From contig JAZOOB010000044.1 in NCBI GenBank assembly GCA_045654845.1, positions 1 through 39,233 on the forward strand: DNA of 39,233 bases. The letters are read 5' to 3'. Shown piece after piece: positions 16,501 to 26,123 of this stretch; position 1 is the stretch's first letter, and each line of letters starts with the position of its first letter. This stretch comes from Eubacteriales bacterium. Its GTDB lineage: Bacteria > Bacillota > Clostridia > Oscillospirales > CAG-272. The notes under the pieces were generated by a model that was given only the letters and a program-made list of their open reading frames with translations, did no database searches and was not told the DNA's origin. The translations under genes were made by a program, and so were the position numbers.

Positions 16501-18003
16501 ATGCAGATCGACAAGCTTATTAAAAATTTAGTGGATTACGCGACTGAAAATGCGCTTATAGAGGAATGCGACAGAGCGTATATGACGAATATGATCGCAG
16601 AAAAGCTCGGTGTGACCTCTTATACAGAAGAAGAGCTCTCAAAAGAAGAAAAGCTCACCCTTGAAGAGAGTCTTTCTGCACTTTGCGACTACGCGACCGA
16701 AAAGGGAATTGTCGAGTTTGACAGCGTAGTATACAGAGATTTATTCGACACCTCGCTTATGGGTGTGCTTACGCCTAAGCCGAGTGAGGTAATAAAGAAG
16801 TTCTTTTCGCTTTATGAAAAGTCGCCCGCCATGGCTACCGACTATTTCTATAAGCTCTGTCGCGACTGCGATTATATCCGTACGTACAGAGTTATAAAGG
16901 ACCTTAAATGGAAGGTAGATAGCGAATACGGAGAAATAGATATCACCATAAACCTTTCGAAGCCCGAAAAGGACCCGAAGGCGATAGCTATGGCGAAGTC
17001 TATGCCCCAGAGCAACTACCCGAAGTGCGTGCTCTGTCACGAAAACGAGGGCTTTCGTGGAAGCGTATCAGCCCCCGCAAGACAGAATCTTCGCCAGATA
17101 CCGATAAAAATGGACGGAAAGCAGTGGTACTTACAGTATTCGCCCTACGTATATTATAACGAGCACTGTATCGCGCTTTCGGGCGAGCATACCCCTATGA
17201 AGATAGATCGCTCTTCGTTTGTAAAGCTTCTTGATTTCGTAGATATATTCCCACACTATTTCCTCGGCTCGAATGCAGACCTTCCTATCGTCGGTGGATC
17301 TATTCTTTCGCACGATCATATGCAGGGTGGCCGTTACACCTTCGCTATGGAGCGCGCGCCTATCGAAAAGGAAATAACCTTCTTTGGATTTGAGGACGTA
17401 AAGGCAGGTATCGTAAAGTGGCCTATGTCGGTTATAAGAATTGCGGGCGAAGATAAAGCCCGTCTTGTAGAGCTTGCCGATAAGATTCTCGTGGCTTGGA
17501 GAGGCTATACCGACGAAAAGTCTTTCGTATATGCAGAGACCGATGGCGAGCCCCATAATACCATTACCCCCATCGCTCGCAGAAGGGGAAGCGATTTTGA
17601 GCTTGACCTCGTGCTTCGTAATAATATTACGACAGAGGAGCATCCTCTCGGTCTTTATCATCCTCATGCCGAGTATCATAATATAAAGAAGGAAAACATA
17701 GGACTTATCGAGGTTATGGGCCTTGCAGTTCTGCCCGCGCGTCTTAAAGCGGAAATGGCGACGCTTGCCGAATATGCCGTAGAGAAAAAAGACGTAAAGG
17801 AAAACGAAGCCCTCGTAAAGCATGCCGAATGGTTCGATAAGTTCAAGGACAATTACACCTTTACAAAGGAAAATGCGGATAGCATTTTAAAAGAAGAAAT
17901 AGGAAAGACCTTCGTACACGTTCTTGAAGATGCGGGCGTCTATAAATGCACCGAAGAGGGAAGACAAGGACTTTTCCGTTTCGTCGATTACGTAAACAAA
18001 TAA
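16501..18003 (+). CDS. galT: Galactose-1-phosphate uridylyltransferase, type 2 (about 500 aa)
   Basis: Length and motifs match the Gram-positive GalT family (KCVLCHENEG, YNEHCIALSGEHTPM, GGSILSHDHMQGG). Confidence 0.85.
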   Translation: MQIDKLIKNLVDYATENALIEECDRAYMTNMIAEKLGVTSYTEEELSKEEKLTLEESLSALCDYATEKGIVEFDSVVYRDLFDTSLMGVLTPKPSEVIKKFFSLYEKSPAMATDYFYKLCRDCDYIRTYRVIKDLKWKVDSEYGEIDITINLSKPEKDPKAIAMAKSMPQSNYPKCVLCHENEGFRGSVSAPARQNLRQIPIKMDGKQWYLQYSPYVYYNEHCIALSGEHTPMKIDRSSFVKLLDFVDIFPHYFLGSNADLPIVGGSILSHDHMQGGRYTFAMERAPIEKEITFFGFEDVKAGIVKWPMSVIRIAGEDKARLVELADKILVAWRGYTDEKSFVYAETDGEPHNTITPIARRRGSDFELDLVLRNNITTEEHPLGLYHPHAEYHNIKKENIGLIEVMGLAVLPARLKAEMATLAEYAVEKKDVKENEALVKHAEWFDKFKDNYTFTKENADSILKEEIGKTFVHVLEDAGVYKCTEEGRQGLFRFVDYVNK

Positions 18004-18010
18004 GATTATT

Positions 18011-18054
18011 AAAAAACAGGAAAGCGCGATTTTTACGTTTTTTCCTGTTTTTTT
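18011..18054 (+). terminator. Probable terminator after galT
   Basis: AAAAAACAGGAAA...TTTCCTGTTTTTTT, with a rather large loop. Confidence 0.5.
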
Positions 18055-18180
18055 ATTTGAAAGCATTGACATATGCGATTTTTTGTGGTATCGTTTTGTT
18101 GTGGTAAAGTGATAAAATGCGGAAGTGGAGAGATCCACAGAAAAGTTAAAGCTATATAATGAAACTCAACGGAGGTAAAA

Positions 18181-18471
18181 ATGAACTATCATAACGAAGC
18201 GACCGACAAGCTTATGGAGGCTGTGCTTTCCTTGCAGACAAAAGAGGAGTGCTACGCCTTTTTGGAGGATATCTGCACTATAAAGGAGATCCTCGACATA
18301 GCACAGAGACTCGAGGCGGCAAAGATGCTTTCTGAAAAGGTGAGCTATCTCGATATATCAAAGGCGACGGGAATGTCGACAGCGACCATCAGCCGAGTAA
18401 ATCGCGCGCTCACGTACGGCTCCGGCGGATACAAGATAGCGATCGAAAGAGCGAAGGAAAACGAGAAATAA
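18181..18471 (+). CDS. YerC/YecD-family TrpR-related DNA-binding protein
   Basis: 96 aa. CTIKEILDIAQRLEAAKML...SYLDISKATGMSTATISRVNRAL is the typical TrpR-like HTH. Confidence 0.75.
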   Translation: MNYHNEATDKLMEAVLSLQTKEECYAFLEDICTIKEILDIAQRLEAAKMLSEKVSYLDISKATGMSTATISRVNRALTYGSGGYKIAIERAKENEK

Positions 18472-18525
18472 GCGAAAAAGAAAGTGCGTCCTTTTGCGAT
18501 GGGCGCCACTGGGGGAGGAAAACAA

Positions 18526-19317
18526 ATGATATCGTCTGATTTTCACGTTCACACGACCTTCAGTGACGGTGCGTCCACACCCGAAAAGATGGTGGAATAC
18601 GCTATTTCAAAAAATCTGCGGGCGATAGGCTTTTCCGATCACTGTGATCCCATTGGCTCTTATCTTGAAATGAATGAAAAGAAAAGAAAAGAATATATAA
18701 AGGAAGTTAAGGCCTTAAAGGAAAAGTATAAAGGACAAATAGAAATCCTGCTCGGCATTGAAAGCGACCTTTTTGCGCCCGAATACGATAAAGGTGAATT
18801 CGACTACGTAATAGGCTCTGTTCACTATATAGAGTCAAAGGGAAAGCTCTATGCCGTCGACGTGTCGGCAGAAAAGACGGCCTCTATCGTTGAAAATGAG
18901 TTTTCGGGAGATTACCTTTCCTATGCCGAGGCGTATTACGACACAGTCTGTCGCTTGAAGGACAGAAAAAGAGTGGATATAATAGGCCACTTCGATATTA
19001 TAACGAAATTTAAAGAGCAGGGTATCTTTATAGACGAAGAAAGCGAGCGATATAAAAATGCCTATAAGAAGGCACTTGACGCACTCGGCTCCGACTACAT
19101 TTACGAGATAAATACGGGCGCTATCGCACGCAAGTACAGAAAAGACCCGTACCCTTCGTACGATATTCTTTCTGAAATAGCAAAGAGAGGGTATAAGGTG
19201 ATTTTGTCGAGTGACGCGCACGAAATGAAGACTCTTTGTTACGCCTTTTCCGATGCGGAAGAGAAAATAAAGACGCTTCCGTTACACATTTGCGAAAGTC
19301 CTTTGTGCAAAATATAA
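18526..19317 (+). CDS. PHP-domain phosphoesterase (histidinol-phosphatase family)
   Basis: DFHVHTTFSDG metal-binding motif, IGFSDH, GHFD and SSDAH. The ATG at 18526 follows GGGGGAGG; the track start at 18484 is a GTG. Confidence 0.65.
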   Translation: MISSDFHVHTTFSDGASTPEKMVEYAISKNLRAIGFSDHCDPIGSYLEMNEKKRKEYIKEVKALKEKYKGQIEILLGIESDLFAPEYDKGEFDYVIGSVHYIESKGKLYAVDVSAEKTASIVENEFSGDYLSYAEAYYDTVCRLKDRKRVDIIGHFDIITKFKEQGIFIDEESERYKNAYKKALDALGSDYIYEINTGAIARKYRKDPYPSYDILSEIAKRGYKVILSSDAHEMKTLCYAFSDAEEKIKTLPLHICESPLCKI

Positions 19318-19489
19318 AATTTTTTCGTCACTTTTGACAACAGAAAACGAAAAAATCTGACTTTTGTTAGTACAGAATGACGATTTTTGAGAAAAAAACA
19401 AAAAAATAGAACAATAGTATTCGGTTTTGTGGTAGAATATACGCATAATAAATCCATTTAATTATAATAAGATGAAAGAGGATAGAATA

Positions 19490-20812
19490 ATGAGCGTTAA
19501 GGTTTTAAAATTCGGCGGAAGCTCTCTTGCAGACCCCGAGCATTTTAAAATGGTCTCTGACATAGTGAAGGCGGACCCCGAAAGAAGATACGTGGTCGCA
19601 TCCGCGCCCGGAAAATGTAAGTCGAGCAACAACAAGATTACCGACTTGCTTTACCGTTGCTACGAGCTCGCAGTAGAAGAGAAGGATATAAGCGAGGTGT
19701 TTGATGAAATCTGTGGCAGATACAGATACATCATTTCCGAGCTCAATATTGATATAAATTTAGACGAAACCTTTGAAAAGATAAGACTCGCTGTGCTTAA
19801 TAACTCAGGTCGCGACTACGTCGCATCGAGAGGTGAGTATCTTAACTCTAAGATACTTGCGGCATATCTTGGCTTTGATTTCATTGATGCGAAGAAGGTA
19901 ATTTTCTTCAAGGACGACGGCTCTTTTGACGCCGAGAGAACGAACACCGTTTTACACGACGTGCTTAATAAGCACTCTCACGCGGTAATCCCCGGATTCT
20001 ACGGCTCTATGCCTAACGGAACTATAAAGACCTTCTCAAGAGGTGGCTCGGATATTACGGGCTCTATCGTGGCAAGAGCGGCAAACGCGGCGCTTTACGA
20101 AAACTGGACCGACGTTTCGGGCTGTCTTATGGCAGACCCCCGCTGTGTAGAAAATCCGAAGCCTATCGACGTAATCACCTACAAGGAATTGCGCGAGCTT
20201 TCCTATATGGGTGCGACGGTGCTTCACGAGGACGCTATATTCCCCGTAAGATATTCAAAAATTCCGATAAACATAAGAAACACGAACAAGCCCGAGGATA
20301 AGGGTACGTTTATAGTAAATGCGACCGATACCGTAAGCGACTACGTTATTACGGGTATTGCCGGCAAGGTAGGCTTCTCTACCGTCAACATAGAAAAGGC
20401 TATGATGAACGGAGAGCTCGGCTTTGGCCGTCGCGTTTTGCAGGTAATCGAGGAATTGAAGATTTCCTACGAGCATTTCCCGTCTGGAGTCGACACTATG
20501 ACTCTCGTGCTTTCGACGAAGGATATAGAGCGCTCTCGCGCCGACATAATGGCAGGTATCTGTAAGGCGGTAAACCCCGACAACATTTTCGTCGAGGATA
20601 ATCTCGCGCTCGTCGCGGTCGTTGGACGCGGTATGGTAAAGACGAAGGGTACGGCTATGAGAGTATTCAAGGCTCTTTCCGAAGCAGATATCAATATCCG
20701 TATGATAGACCAGGGCTCGTCGGAGCTTAATATCATCGTCGGTGTCGACGAAAACGATTACATTCCCGCGCTCAACGCTATCTACAACGAGTTTGTAAAG
20801 AGTGGGAAATAA
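19490..20812 (+). CDS. lysC: Aspartate kinase
   Basis: VLKFGGSSL N-terminus, a kinase core (FSRGGSDITGS) and two C-terminal ACT-like repeats. I prefer the ATG at 19490 (AGAGGA upstream) over 19472. Confidence 0.88.
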   Translation: MSVKVLKFGGSSLADPEHFKMVSDIVKADPERRYVVASAPGKCKSSNNKITDLLYRCYELAVEEKDISEVFDEICGRYRYIISELNIDINLDETFEKIRLAVLNNSGRDYVASRGEYLNSKILAAYLGFDFIDAKKVIFFKDDGSFDAERTNTVLHDVLNKHSHAVIPGFYGSMPNGTIKTFSRGGSDITGSIVARAANAALYENWTDVSGCLMADPRCVENPKPIDVITYKELRELSYMGATVLHEDAIFPVRYSKIPINIRNTNKPEDKGTFIVNATDTVSDYVITGIAGKVGFSTVNIEKAMMNGELGFGRRVLQVIEELKISYEHFPSGVDTMTLVLSTKDIERSRADIMAGICKAVNPDNIFVEDNLALVAVVGRGMVKTKGTAMRVFKALSEADINIRMIDQGSSELNIIVGVDENDYIPALNAIYNEFVKSGK

Positions 20813-20822
20813 TAAGAGAAGC

Positions 20823-20841
20823 AAGAGGAATTCCTCTTTTT
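20823..20841 (+). terminator. Weak candidate terminator after lysC
   Basis: AAGAGG-aatt-CCTCTT followed by TTT. The stem is short. Confidence 0.35.
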
Positions 20842-20852
20842 GTCGAAAACTA

Positions 20853-20881
20853 TTGACAAGAAAAAAGGTATAGAGTATAAT
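20853..20881 (+). promoter_or_regulatory. Sigma-A consensus promoter for the lysine-riboswitch leader
   Basis: TTGACA, 17-bp spacer, TATAAT. Confidence 0.75.
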
Positions 20882-20885
20882 GTTT

Positions 20886-21119
20886 TATAAGAGATAGAGG
20901 CGCACTCTTGCGATGAGTACCGTATATAAAAGGCTGCCGAGGCTGTACGGGAAGGGCGCAAGTGCCGAAGTGGATGCGGTGGCTCGCATTTCGCTGGCAA
21001 TACAGAGAATATCTGTCTTGCTGTCGCAAAGTTTTTTTGCGGAGTGCTATCCTTTGCATTACCGTTCATATTTCTTTATTATGGACTTTTGCGAGGTAGC
21101 GACGCTGCCTCGCTTTTTC
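20886..21119 (+). promoter_or_regulatory. Lysine riboswitch (L-box) with terminator expression platform
   Basis: ATAGAGGCGC...GAGTA...GGGAAGGGCGCAAGTGCCGAAG...CTGG...GCTGTC parallels the B. subtilis lysC leader core (GATAGAGGTGC...AGAGTA...GCCGAAG...GCTGG...GCTGTC). The terminator GCGAGG-N11-CCTCGC plus T5 lies at 21091-21118, just before dapA. Confidence 0.85.
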
Positions 21120-21145
21120 ATAATAATAATCGAAGGAGATAGAAA

Positions 21146-22036
21146 ATGAAGAACACAGTGTTTACAGGAGTTGCGACAGCAATAGTTACCCCCCTGACCG
21201 AGAAGGGAATTGATTACGGAAAATTCGCAGAGCTCATTGAATGGCAGATTTCTGAGGGTGTCGACGCAATAGTTGCGGTAGGTACGACAGGAGAGGGCTC
21301 TACCTTGACAGACGAGGAGCACAAGGAGGCTATCCGCTTCTGCGTAGAAAAGGTGGCAGGCAGAGTTCCCGTCATAGCAGGCACAGGCTCAAACGATACA
21401 GCCTATGCAATAGATCTGACAAAATACGCGTGCGAGGTAGGGGCAGACGCTATGCTTTTGGTCACCCCCTATTATAACAAGGCGACACAGAAGGGACTTG
21501 TAGCTTCATTCCGTGCGATAGCAGACGCATCGACTAAGCCCTGTATTCTTTATAACGTGCCCTCAAGAACGGGCTGTAACCTTTTGCCCTCTACCGTGCT
21601 TGAGCTCGCCGACCACGAGAATATCGTAGCTATAAAGGAAGCCTGCGGAAATATATCGCAGATAGCAGAGCTCTCTCGCCTTGTGGGTGATAAGCTTGAT
21701 ATATATTCGGGTAACGACGACCAGATAGTGCCCATCCTCTCTCTTGGTGGCTCGGGTGTAATCTCTGTGCTTTCAAACGTATTGCCGAAGGAGACGAAGG
21801 CTATCTGCGACAAGTTCTTTGCAGGCGACGTAAAAGGCTCTTGCGCTTTACAGCTTGAGCTTCTTCCCTTAATTGACGCGCTTTTCTGCGAGGTCAACCC
21901 CATTCCCGTAAAGTGCGCTGTTTCTCATATGGGATTTGGCGAGAATTATTTGAGACTCCCCCTCACACCTATGGAGGCAGAAAACGAGAAGAAGCTTGTC
22001 GCTCTTATGCAAAAAGCAGGCGTAAAGCTCGTGTAA
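21146..22036 (+). CDS. dapA: 4-hydroxy-tetrahydrodipicolinate synthase
   Basis: GVATAIVTP, VAVGTTGEGSTLT, YNVPSRTG and a KEA active-site lysine context. Confidence 0.9.
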   Translation: MKNTVFTGVATAIVTPLTEKGIDYGKFAELIEWQISEGVDAIVAVGTTGEGSTLTDEEHKEAIRFCVEKVAGRVPVIAGTGSNDTAYAIDLTKYACEVGADAMLLVTPYYNKATQKGLVASFRAIADASTKPCILYNVPSRTGCNLLPSTVLELADHENIVAIKEACGNISQIAELSRLVGDKLDIYSGNDDQIVPILSLGGSGVISVLSNVLPKETKAICDKFFAGDVKGSCALQLELLPLIDALFCEVNPIPVKCAVSHMGFGENYLRLPLTPMEAENEKKLVALMQKAGVKLV

Positions 22037-22045
22037 TAAGAAAAG

Positions 22046-22069
22046 GAAAAAGCCCTCTCGGGCTTTTTC
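22046..22069 (+). terminator. Hairpin between dapA and dapB (possible partial terminator or processing site)
   Basis: GAAAAAGCCC-tctc-GGGCTTTTTC. The U-tract is largely inside the stem. Confidence 0.45.
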
Positions 22070-22109
22070 GGTGTTTTTAAAATAAGGAAGAAGTATAAAA
22101 GAGGACGAA

Positions 22110-22856
22110 ATGATAAAAGTATTGCTTAATGGATATAACGGTCATATGGGCGAAGAAGTGCGCCTATTGACAAAAAACGGATATAGAGATATAATTATTT
22201 CGGCGGGAGTAGACGTAAATGCGCGCGGCGACGAAGAGGTTTTCTGCGCTAAAGATTTTTCTTCGGCTCATACCGACGTCGACTGTATAGTAGACTTTTC
22301 ACACCACGTTTGCACGAAGGCATTACTCGACTTTGCAAAGAAGGAAAAGCTACCCGTAGTCTTGGCTACAACAGGACAGACCGAGGATGAACTCTCGGCT
22401 ATATACGAGGCAGCAAAGGAAATTCCCGTATTCTTTTCCGCTAATATGTCCTTTGGCGTGGCACTGCTCGTCGAGCTTGCCAAAAAGACGGCGGCAGCTA
22501 TGCCCGACGCGGATATTGAGATAATAGAAACTCATCATATAAGAAAGATCGATGCACCGAGCGGAACGGCTAAATTGCTTTTCGACGAAATAAAAAAGGT
22601 GCGCCCCTCTGCCTTCGCAGTAAACGGAAGAGAGGGACACGCGAAAAGAGAAAAGGACGAAATAGGAATCCATTCTCTTCGAATGGGAAACGTGGTCGGC
22701 ATTCACGAGGTGCTTGTGTCCACACCGAGCCAGACTATAACCTTAAAGCACGAGGCGCATAGCAGAGCTCTCTTTGCAGAGGGTGCGCTCGTTGCCGCAG
22801 AATTCCTTTGCTCTAAGGGCGCAGGCCTTTACAGCATGAAGGACCTTTTGAACTGA
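22110..22856 (+). CDS. dapB: 4-hydroxy-tetrahydrodipicolinate reductase
   Basis: NGYNGHMG Rossmann N-terminus and E(T)HHxxKxDAPSGTA (EIIETHHIRKIDAPSGTA). Confidence 0.88.
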   Translation: MIKVLLNGYNGHMGEEVRLLTKNGYRDIIISAGVDVNARGDEEVFCAKDFSSAHTDVDCIVDFSHHVCTKALLDFAKKEKLPVVLATTGQTEDELSAIYEAAKEIPVFFSANMSFGVALLVELAKKTAAAMPDADIEIIETHHIRKIDAPSGTAKLLFDEIKKVRPSAFAVNGREGHAKREKDEIGIHSLRMGNVVGIHEVLVSTPSQTITLKHEAHSRALFAEGALVAAEFLCSKGAGLYSMKDLLN

Positions 22857-22900
22857 TATAACTTTATGGGGAACACCCCACAAAAAGAGGAAGCATTACT

Positions 22901-23878
22901 ATGAAAATAGCTATATACGGATACGGAAATTTGGGAAAGGGAGTTGAGCTTGCTATATCCAAGGAAAAGGATATGGAGCTTTTCGGCGTATTTACCCGAC
23001 GCGACAAGAACAGTGTGAAAACGATAACGGGCGCGAAGGTTTTTTCGGTATCCGAGCTTGACGAATACAAGGACGAAATAGACGTAATCATAATATGCGG
23101 CGGAAGTGCCACCGACCTTCCCGAAATGACGCCTTCGCTCGCAAAAGCTTTTAACGTAGTGGACAGCTTTGATACACACGCGAAAATTCCCGCGCACTTT
23201 GAAAACGTAGATAAAAGCGCGACGCAGAGCGGTCACGTAGCCCTCATTTCTTCGGGCTGGGACCCCGGTATGTTTTCGATTATGCGACTTTACTCTTCTG
23301 CTATCCTGCCCGACGGCAAGGATTATACCTTCTGGGGCAGAGGAGTGAGCCAAGGACATTCCGACGCGATAAGAAGAATAGACGGCGTGCTTGACGCAAG
23401 ACAGTATACAGTACCGATAGACTCTGCTATGAGCGCGGTAAGAAGCGGCGAATGCCCCACTCTTTCTGTCCGCGAAAAGCATAAAAGAGAATGCTACGTG
23501 GTAGCAGAGGATGGCGCAGACAAGGCAAAAATAGAAAATGAAATAAAAACTATGCCTAACTATTTCGCAGATTACGACACGACAGTCGAGTTTATCTCGA
23601 AAGAGGAGATGGAGAAAAACCACAAGGGCATTTTCCACGGCGGAAACGTCATAAGGACGGGAAAGACGGGTATAAACGGAGAAAATACTCACGTAATCGA
23701 GTATAGCTTGAAATTGGACTCTAACCCCGAATTTACCGCAAGCGTGCTTGTTTCGTATGCGCGCGCAGTATATAAAATGCATAAAAGAGGGGAGATTGGC
23801 TGTAAGACAGTGTTTGACGTCGCGCCTGCAGACCTTTCACCGCTTTCTGCAGAGGAGCTTAGAAAAAATCTGCTTTAA
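22901..23878 (+). CDS. ddh: meso-Diaminopimelate D-dehydrogenase
   Basis: 325 aa. MKIAIYGYGNLGKGVE N-terminus, SSGWDPGMFS and WGRGVSQGHSDA motifs typical of Ddh. Confidence 0.85.
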   Translation: MKIAIYGYGNLGKGVELAISKEKDMELFGVFTRRDKNSVKTITGAKVFSVSELDEYKDEIDVIIICGGSATDLPEMTPSLAKAFNVVDSFDTHAKIPAHFENVDKSATQSGHVALISSGWDPGMFSIMRLYSSAILPDGKDYTFWGRGVSQGHSDAIRRIDGVLDARQYTVPIDSAMSAVRSGECPTLSVREKHKRECYVVAEDGADKAKIENEIKTMPNYFADYDTTVEFISKEEMEKNHKGIFHGGNVIRTGKTGINGENTHVIEYSLKLDSNPEFTASVLVSYARAVYKMHKRGEIGCKTVFDVAPADLSPLSAEELRKNLL

Positions 23879-23902
23879 GTAAAACAAAAAGGATTTTTTA
23901 AT

Positions 23903-25216
23903 ATGTACGAAAGAGATTTAATCTGCGACAATTTAAAGGTGTCGGATGACGGAACGCTTTATTTTGCGGGCTTTAACACCACCTATCTCGCAGAGAAATA
24001 TAAAACCCCCGTCTATCTTATGGACGAACAAAAAATAAGAGAAAATTGCAGGACCTATCTCTCTGCTGTCGCCGAGGCTTTCGGTGAAAACGGACAGGTG
24101 CTATATGCGTCGAAGGCGGCTTCCTTTAAGCGTCTTTACGAGATAATGCGCGAAGAGGGTATGGGTATCGACGTCGTTTCCGTGGGTGAGATATATACTG
24201 CAACAAAAGCAGACTTTCCTATGGAAAGGGCATATTTCCACTCGAACAACAAGACCGACGAGGATATTGAGTACGCAATAGAGCGTGGCGTCGGCTATTT
24301 TGTAGTCGATAACGAAGAGGAATTGTACGCTATCGAAAGAATAGCGAAGGAAAAGAATATAAAGCAGAAGGTGCTTTTGCGAATCACCCCCGGTATAGAC
24401 CCTCACACCTACGAGGCAATAGCTACGGGAAAGGTGGATTCCAAATTCGGCTCGGCAATAGAGACAGGACAGGCAGATAAGATAACAGAGCTTGCACTTT
24501 CTTTAGAAAACGTAAAGCTTTCCGGCTATCACTGTCACGTCGGCTCGCAGGTGTTTGATGCAGAGGTATATATAAGCACCGCGTCCGTAATGCTCGAATT
24601 CGTTTCTCACATAGAAAAGACCTACGGCTATCACGCAGAGGAATTGGATATAGGCGGCGGTTTTGGCGTTCGCTATATATATTCCCAGCCGAAAATTGAT
24701 ATAAGAGAAAACATTCTCACTGTCGGCGCATTTATGAAAAAGAAGGCAGAAGAGCTCGGAATCTCGCTTCCGAAGATTTCCTTTGAGCCTGGTCGAAGCA
24801 TAGTTGCAGACGCGGGACTCACCCTCTACACCGTAGGCACGGTGAAGAAGATCCCCGAATATAAAAACTACGTTTCGGTCGACGGAGGAATGACAGACAA
24901 TATAAGATTTGCACTTTATTCTGCGCCTTATACCGTTTTCCTTTCAAACAGAATGAATGCAGACAGAGATATGATAGCCTCGCTTGTCGGTAGATGCTGT
25001 GAAAGTGGGGATATAATACAGGAAAACGTGGAGTTCCCGTCGGACGTAAAGCGCGGAGATATAGTCGCTTGTCTTACAACGGGCGCGTACCACTATTCTA
25101 TGGCGTCTAACTATAACAGATTAGGAAAGCCCCCTGTCGTTATGCTGACAAAGGGTGGCTCTTACGTGGCGGTAAAGAGACAGACAGTCGAGGACATAGC
25201 CGCACAAGATATATAA
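23903..25216 (+). CDS. lysA: Diaminopimelate decarboxylase
   Basis: PLP-binding YASKA, HCHVGSQ, GGGFGV, EPGRSIVA and CESGD motifs. Confidence 0.9.
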   Translation: MYERDLICDNLKVSDDGTLYFAGFNTTYLAEKYKTPVYLMDEQKIRENCRTYLSAVAEAFGENGQVLYASKAASFKRLYEIMREEGMGIDVVSVGEIYTATKADFPMERAYFHSNNKTDEDIEYAIERGVGYFVVDNEEELYAIERIAKEKNIKQKVLLRITPGIDPHTYEAIATGKVDSKFGSAIETGQADKITELALSLENVKLSGYHCHVGSQVFDAEVYISTASVMLEFVSHIEKTYGYHAEELDIGGGFGVRYIYSQPKIDIRENILTVGAFMKKKAEELGISLPKISFEPGRSIVADAGLTLYTVGTVKKIPEYKNYVSVDGGMTDNIRFALYSAPYTVFLSNRMNADRDMIASLVGRCCESGDIIQENVEFPSDVKRGDIVACLTTGAYHYSMASNYNRLGKPPVVMLTKGGSYVAVKRQTVEDIAAQDI

Positions 25217-25234
25217 GAAGAAAAGGGAGATAAG

Positions 25235-26080
25235 ATGAAAACAGTAATAGGAATTGACGTAGGCGGAACTACTACGAAGATAGTCGGATTTCGCTACGAC
25301 GACAAAAAGAAACCTATACTTGTAGAGCCTCAGTTCGTACGCGCGACAGATCCCGTCACCTCAGCGTACGGTGCATTCGGACGCTTCACTATGGAAAACG
25401 ATATAAAGCTCGAAAAGATAGACAGAGCTATGATAACGGGCGCAGGCGCGTCTGCCATAGAGAAGCCTATTTATTCGGTAGAGCATGAGAAGGTGAGCGA
25501 ATTCGACTGTATAGGCAGAGGAGGACTTTACCTTTCGGGACTCGACCGCGCTATCGTCGTCAGTATGGGCACGGGTACGGCTATCGTCTATGCGGAAAAG
25601 CGCGAATCCGACATAAAAACCGAGTACCTCGGCGGTACGGGTGTCGGAGGCGGCACTATGATAGGCCTTACGAGAAAAATACTCGGTGTCGATAACGTAG
25701 AGCATATCGAGCAGCTTTCACGCGAAGGAAATCTCGATAACGTAGACTTAAGAATTAAAGATATAGCAGGCAAGCAGTACGGTGATATGGACGCGACTCT
25801 CACCGCGTCGAATTTCGGAAAGCTTTCCGACCTCGCATCGAAAAACGATATCGCGCTCGGCGTCGTAAATATGGTAGCTGAGACTGTCGGTATGATGGCT
25901 ATATTCGCGGCGCGTGGCTTCGACGTTACCGACATAGTTCTTACGGGAAATCTCACCACCATCAGCGCGGTAAGAGAGAGAATTCTCAGCATGAACGACA
26001 GCTTTGACGTGAACTTTATCATTCCCGAAAAGGCACAGTACGCGACGGTAATAGGCGCAGGCCTTAACGGACTTAAATAA
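25235..26080 (+). CDS. coaW: Type II pantothenate kinase (CoaW-like, ASKHA fold)
   Basis: IGIDVGGTTTKIV, GGTGVGGGTMIGL, TLTASNFG and a YATVIGAG tail align by eye with S. aureus CoaW (GIDAGGTLIKIV, GGIGTGGGMIQGL, DLTAANFG, FSGAIGA). Confidence 0.65.
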   Translation: MKTVIGIDVGGTTTKIVGFRYDDKKKPILVEPQFVRATDPVTSAYGAFGRFTMENDIKLEKIDRAMITGAGASAIEKPIYSVEHEKVSEFDCIGRGGLYLSGLDRAIVVSMGTGTAIVYAEKRESDIKTEYLGGTGVGGGTMIGLTRKILGVDNVEHIEQLSREGNLDNVDLRIKDIAGKQYGDMDATLTASNFGKLSDLASKNDIALGVVNMVAETVGMMAIFAARGFDVTDIVLTGNLTTISAVRERILSMNDSFDVNFIIPEKAQYATVIGAGLNGLK

Positions 26081-26123
26081 TTACGTTGTAAATAAAAGTT
26101 AACATATAAAAGAGGAAAAAGAA

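Noticed and set aside
20841-20847. Perfect Spo0A-box heptamer TGTCGAA just upstream of the L-box promoter, and TGTCGTG at 1831-1837 upstream of spoIIE
   Set aside because: A 7-mer is expected several times by chance in 39 kb on two strands. The spoIIE-proximal copy is imperfect. There is not enough evidence to call these regulatory sites.
20913-21149. 78-aa ORF upstream of dapA; likewise the 78-aa ORF 28510..28746 upstream of the first ligase
   Set aside because: Both lie entirely within structured leader RNAs (the lysine riboswitch and T-box 1) whose conserved motifs explain the sequence. Neither has an RBS.
22829-23782. 317-aa minus-strand ORF opposite ddh
   Set aside because: It is antisense to a well-supported meso-DAP dehydrogenase gene inside a tightly packed + strand operon. 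Its composition is atypical (Arg/Tyr/Cys/Phe-rich).
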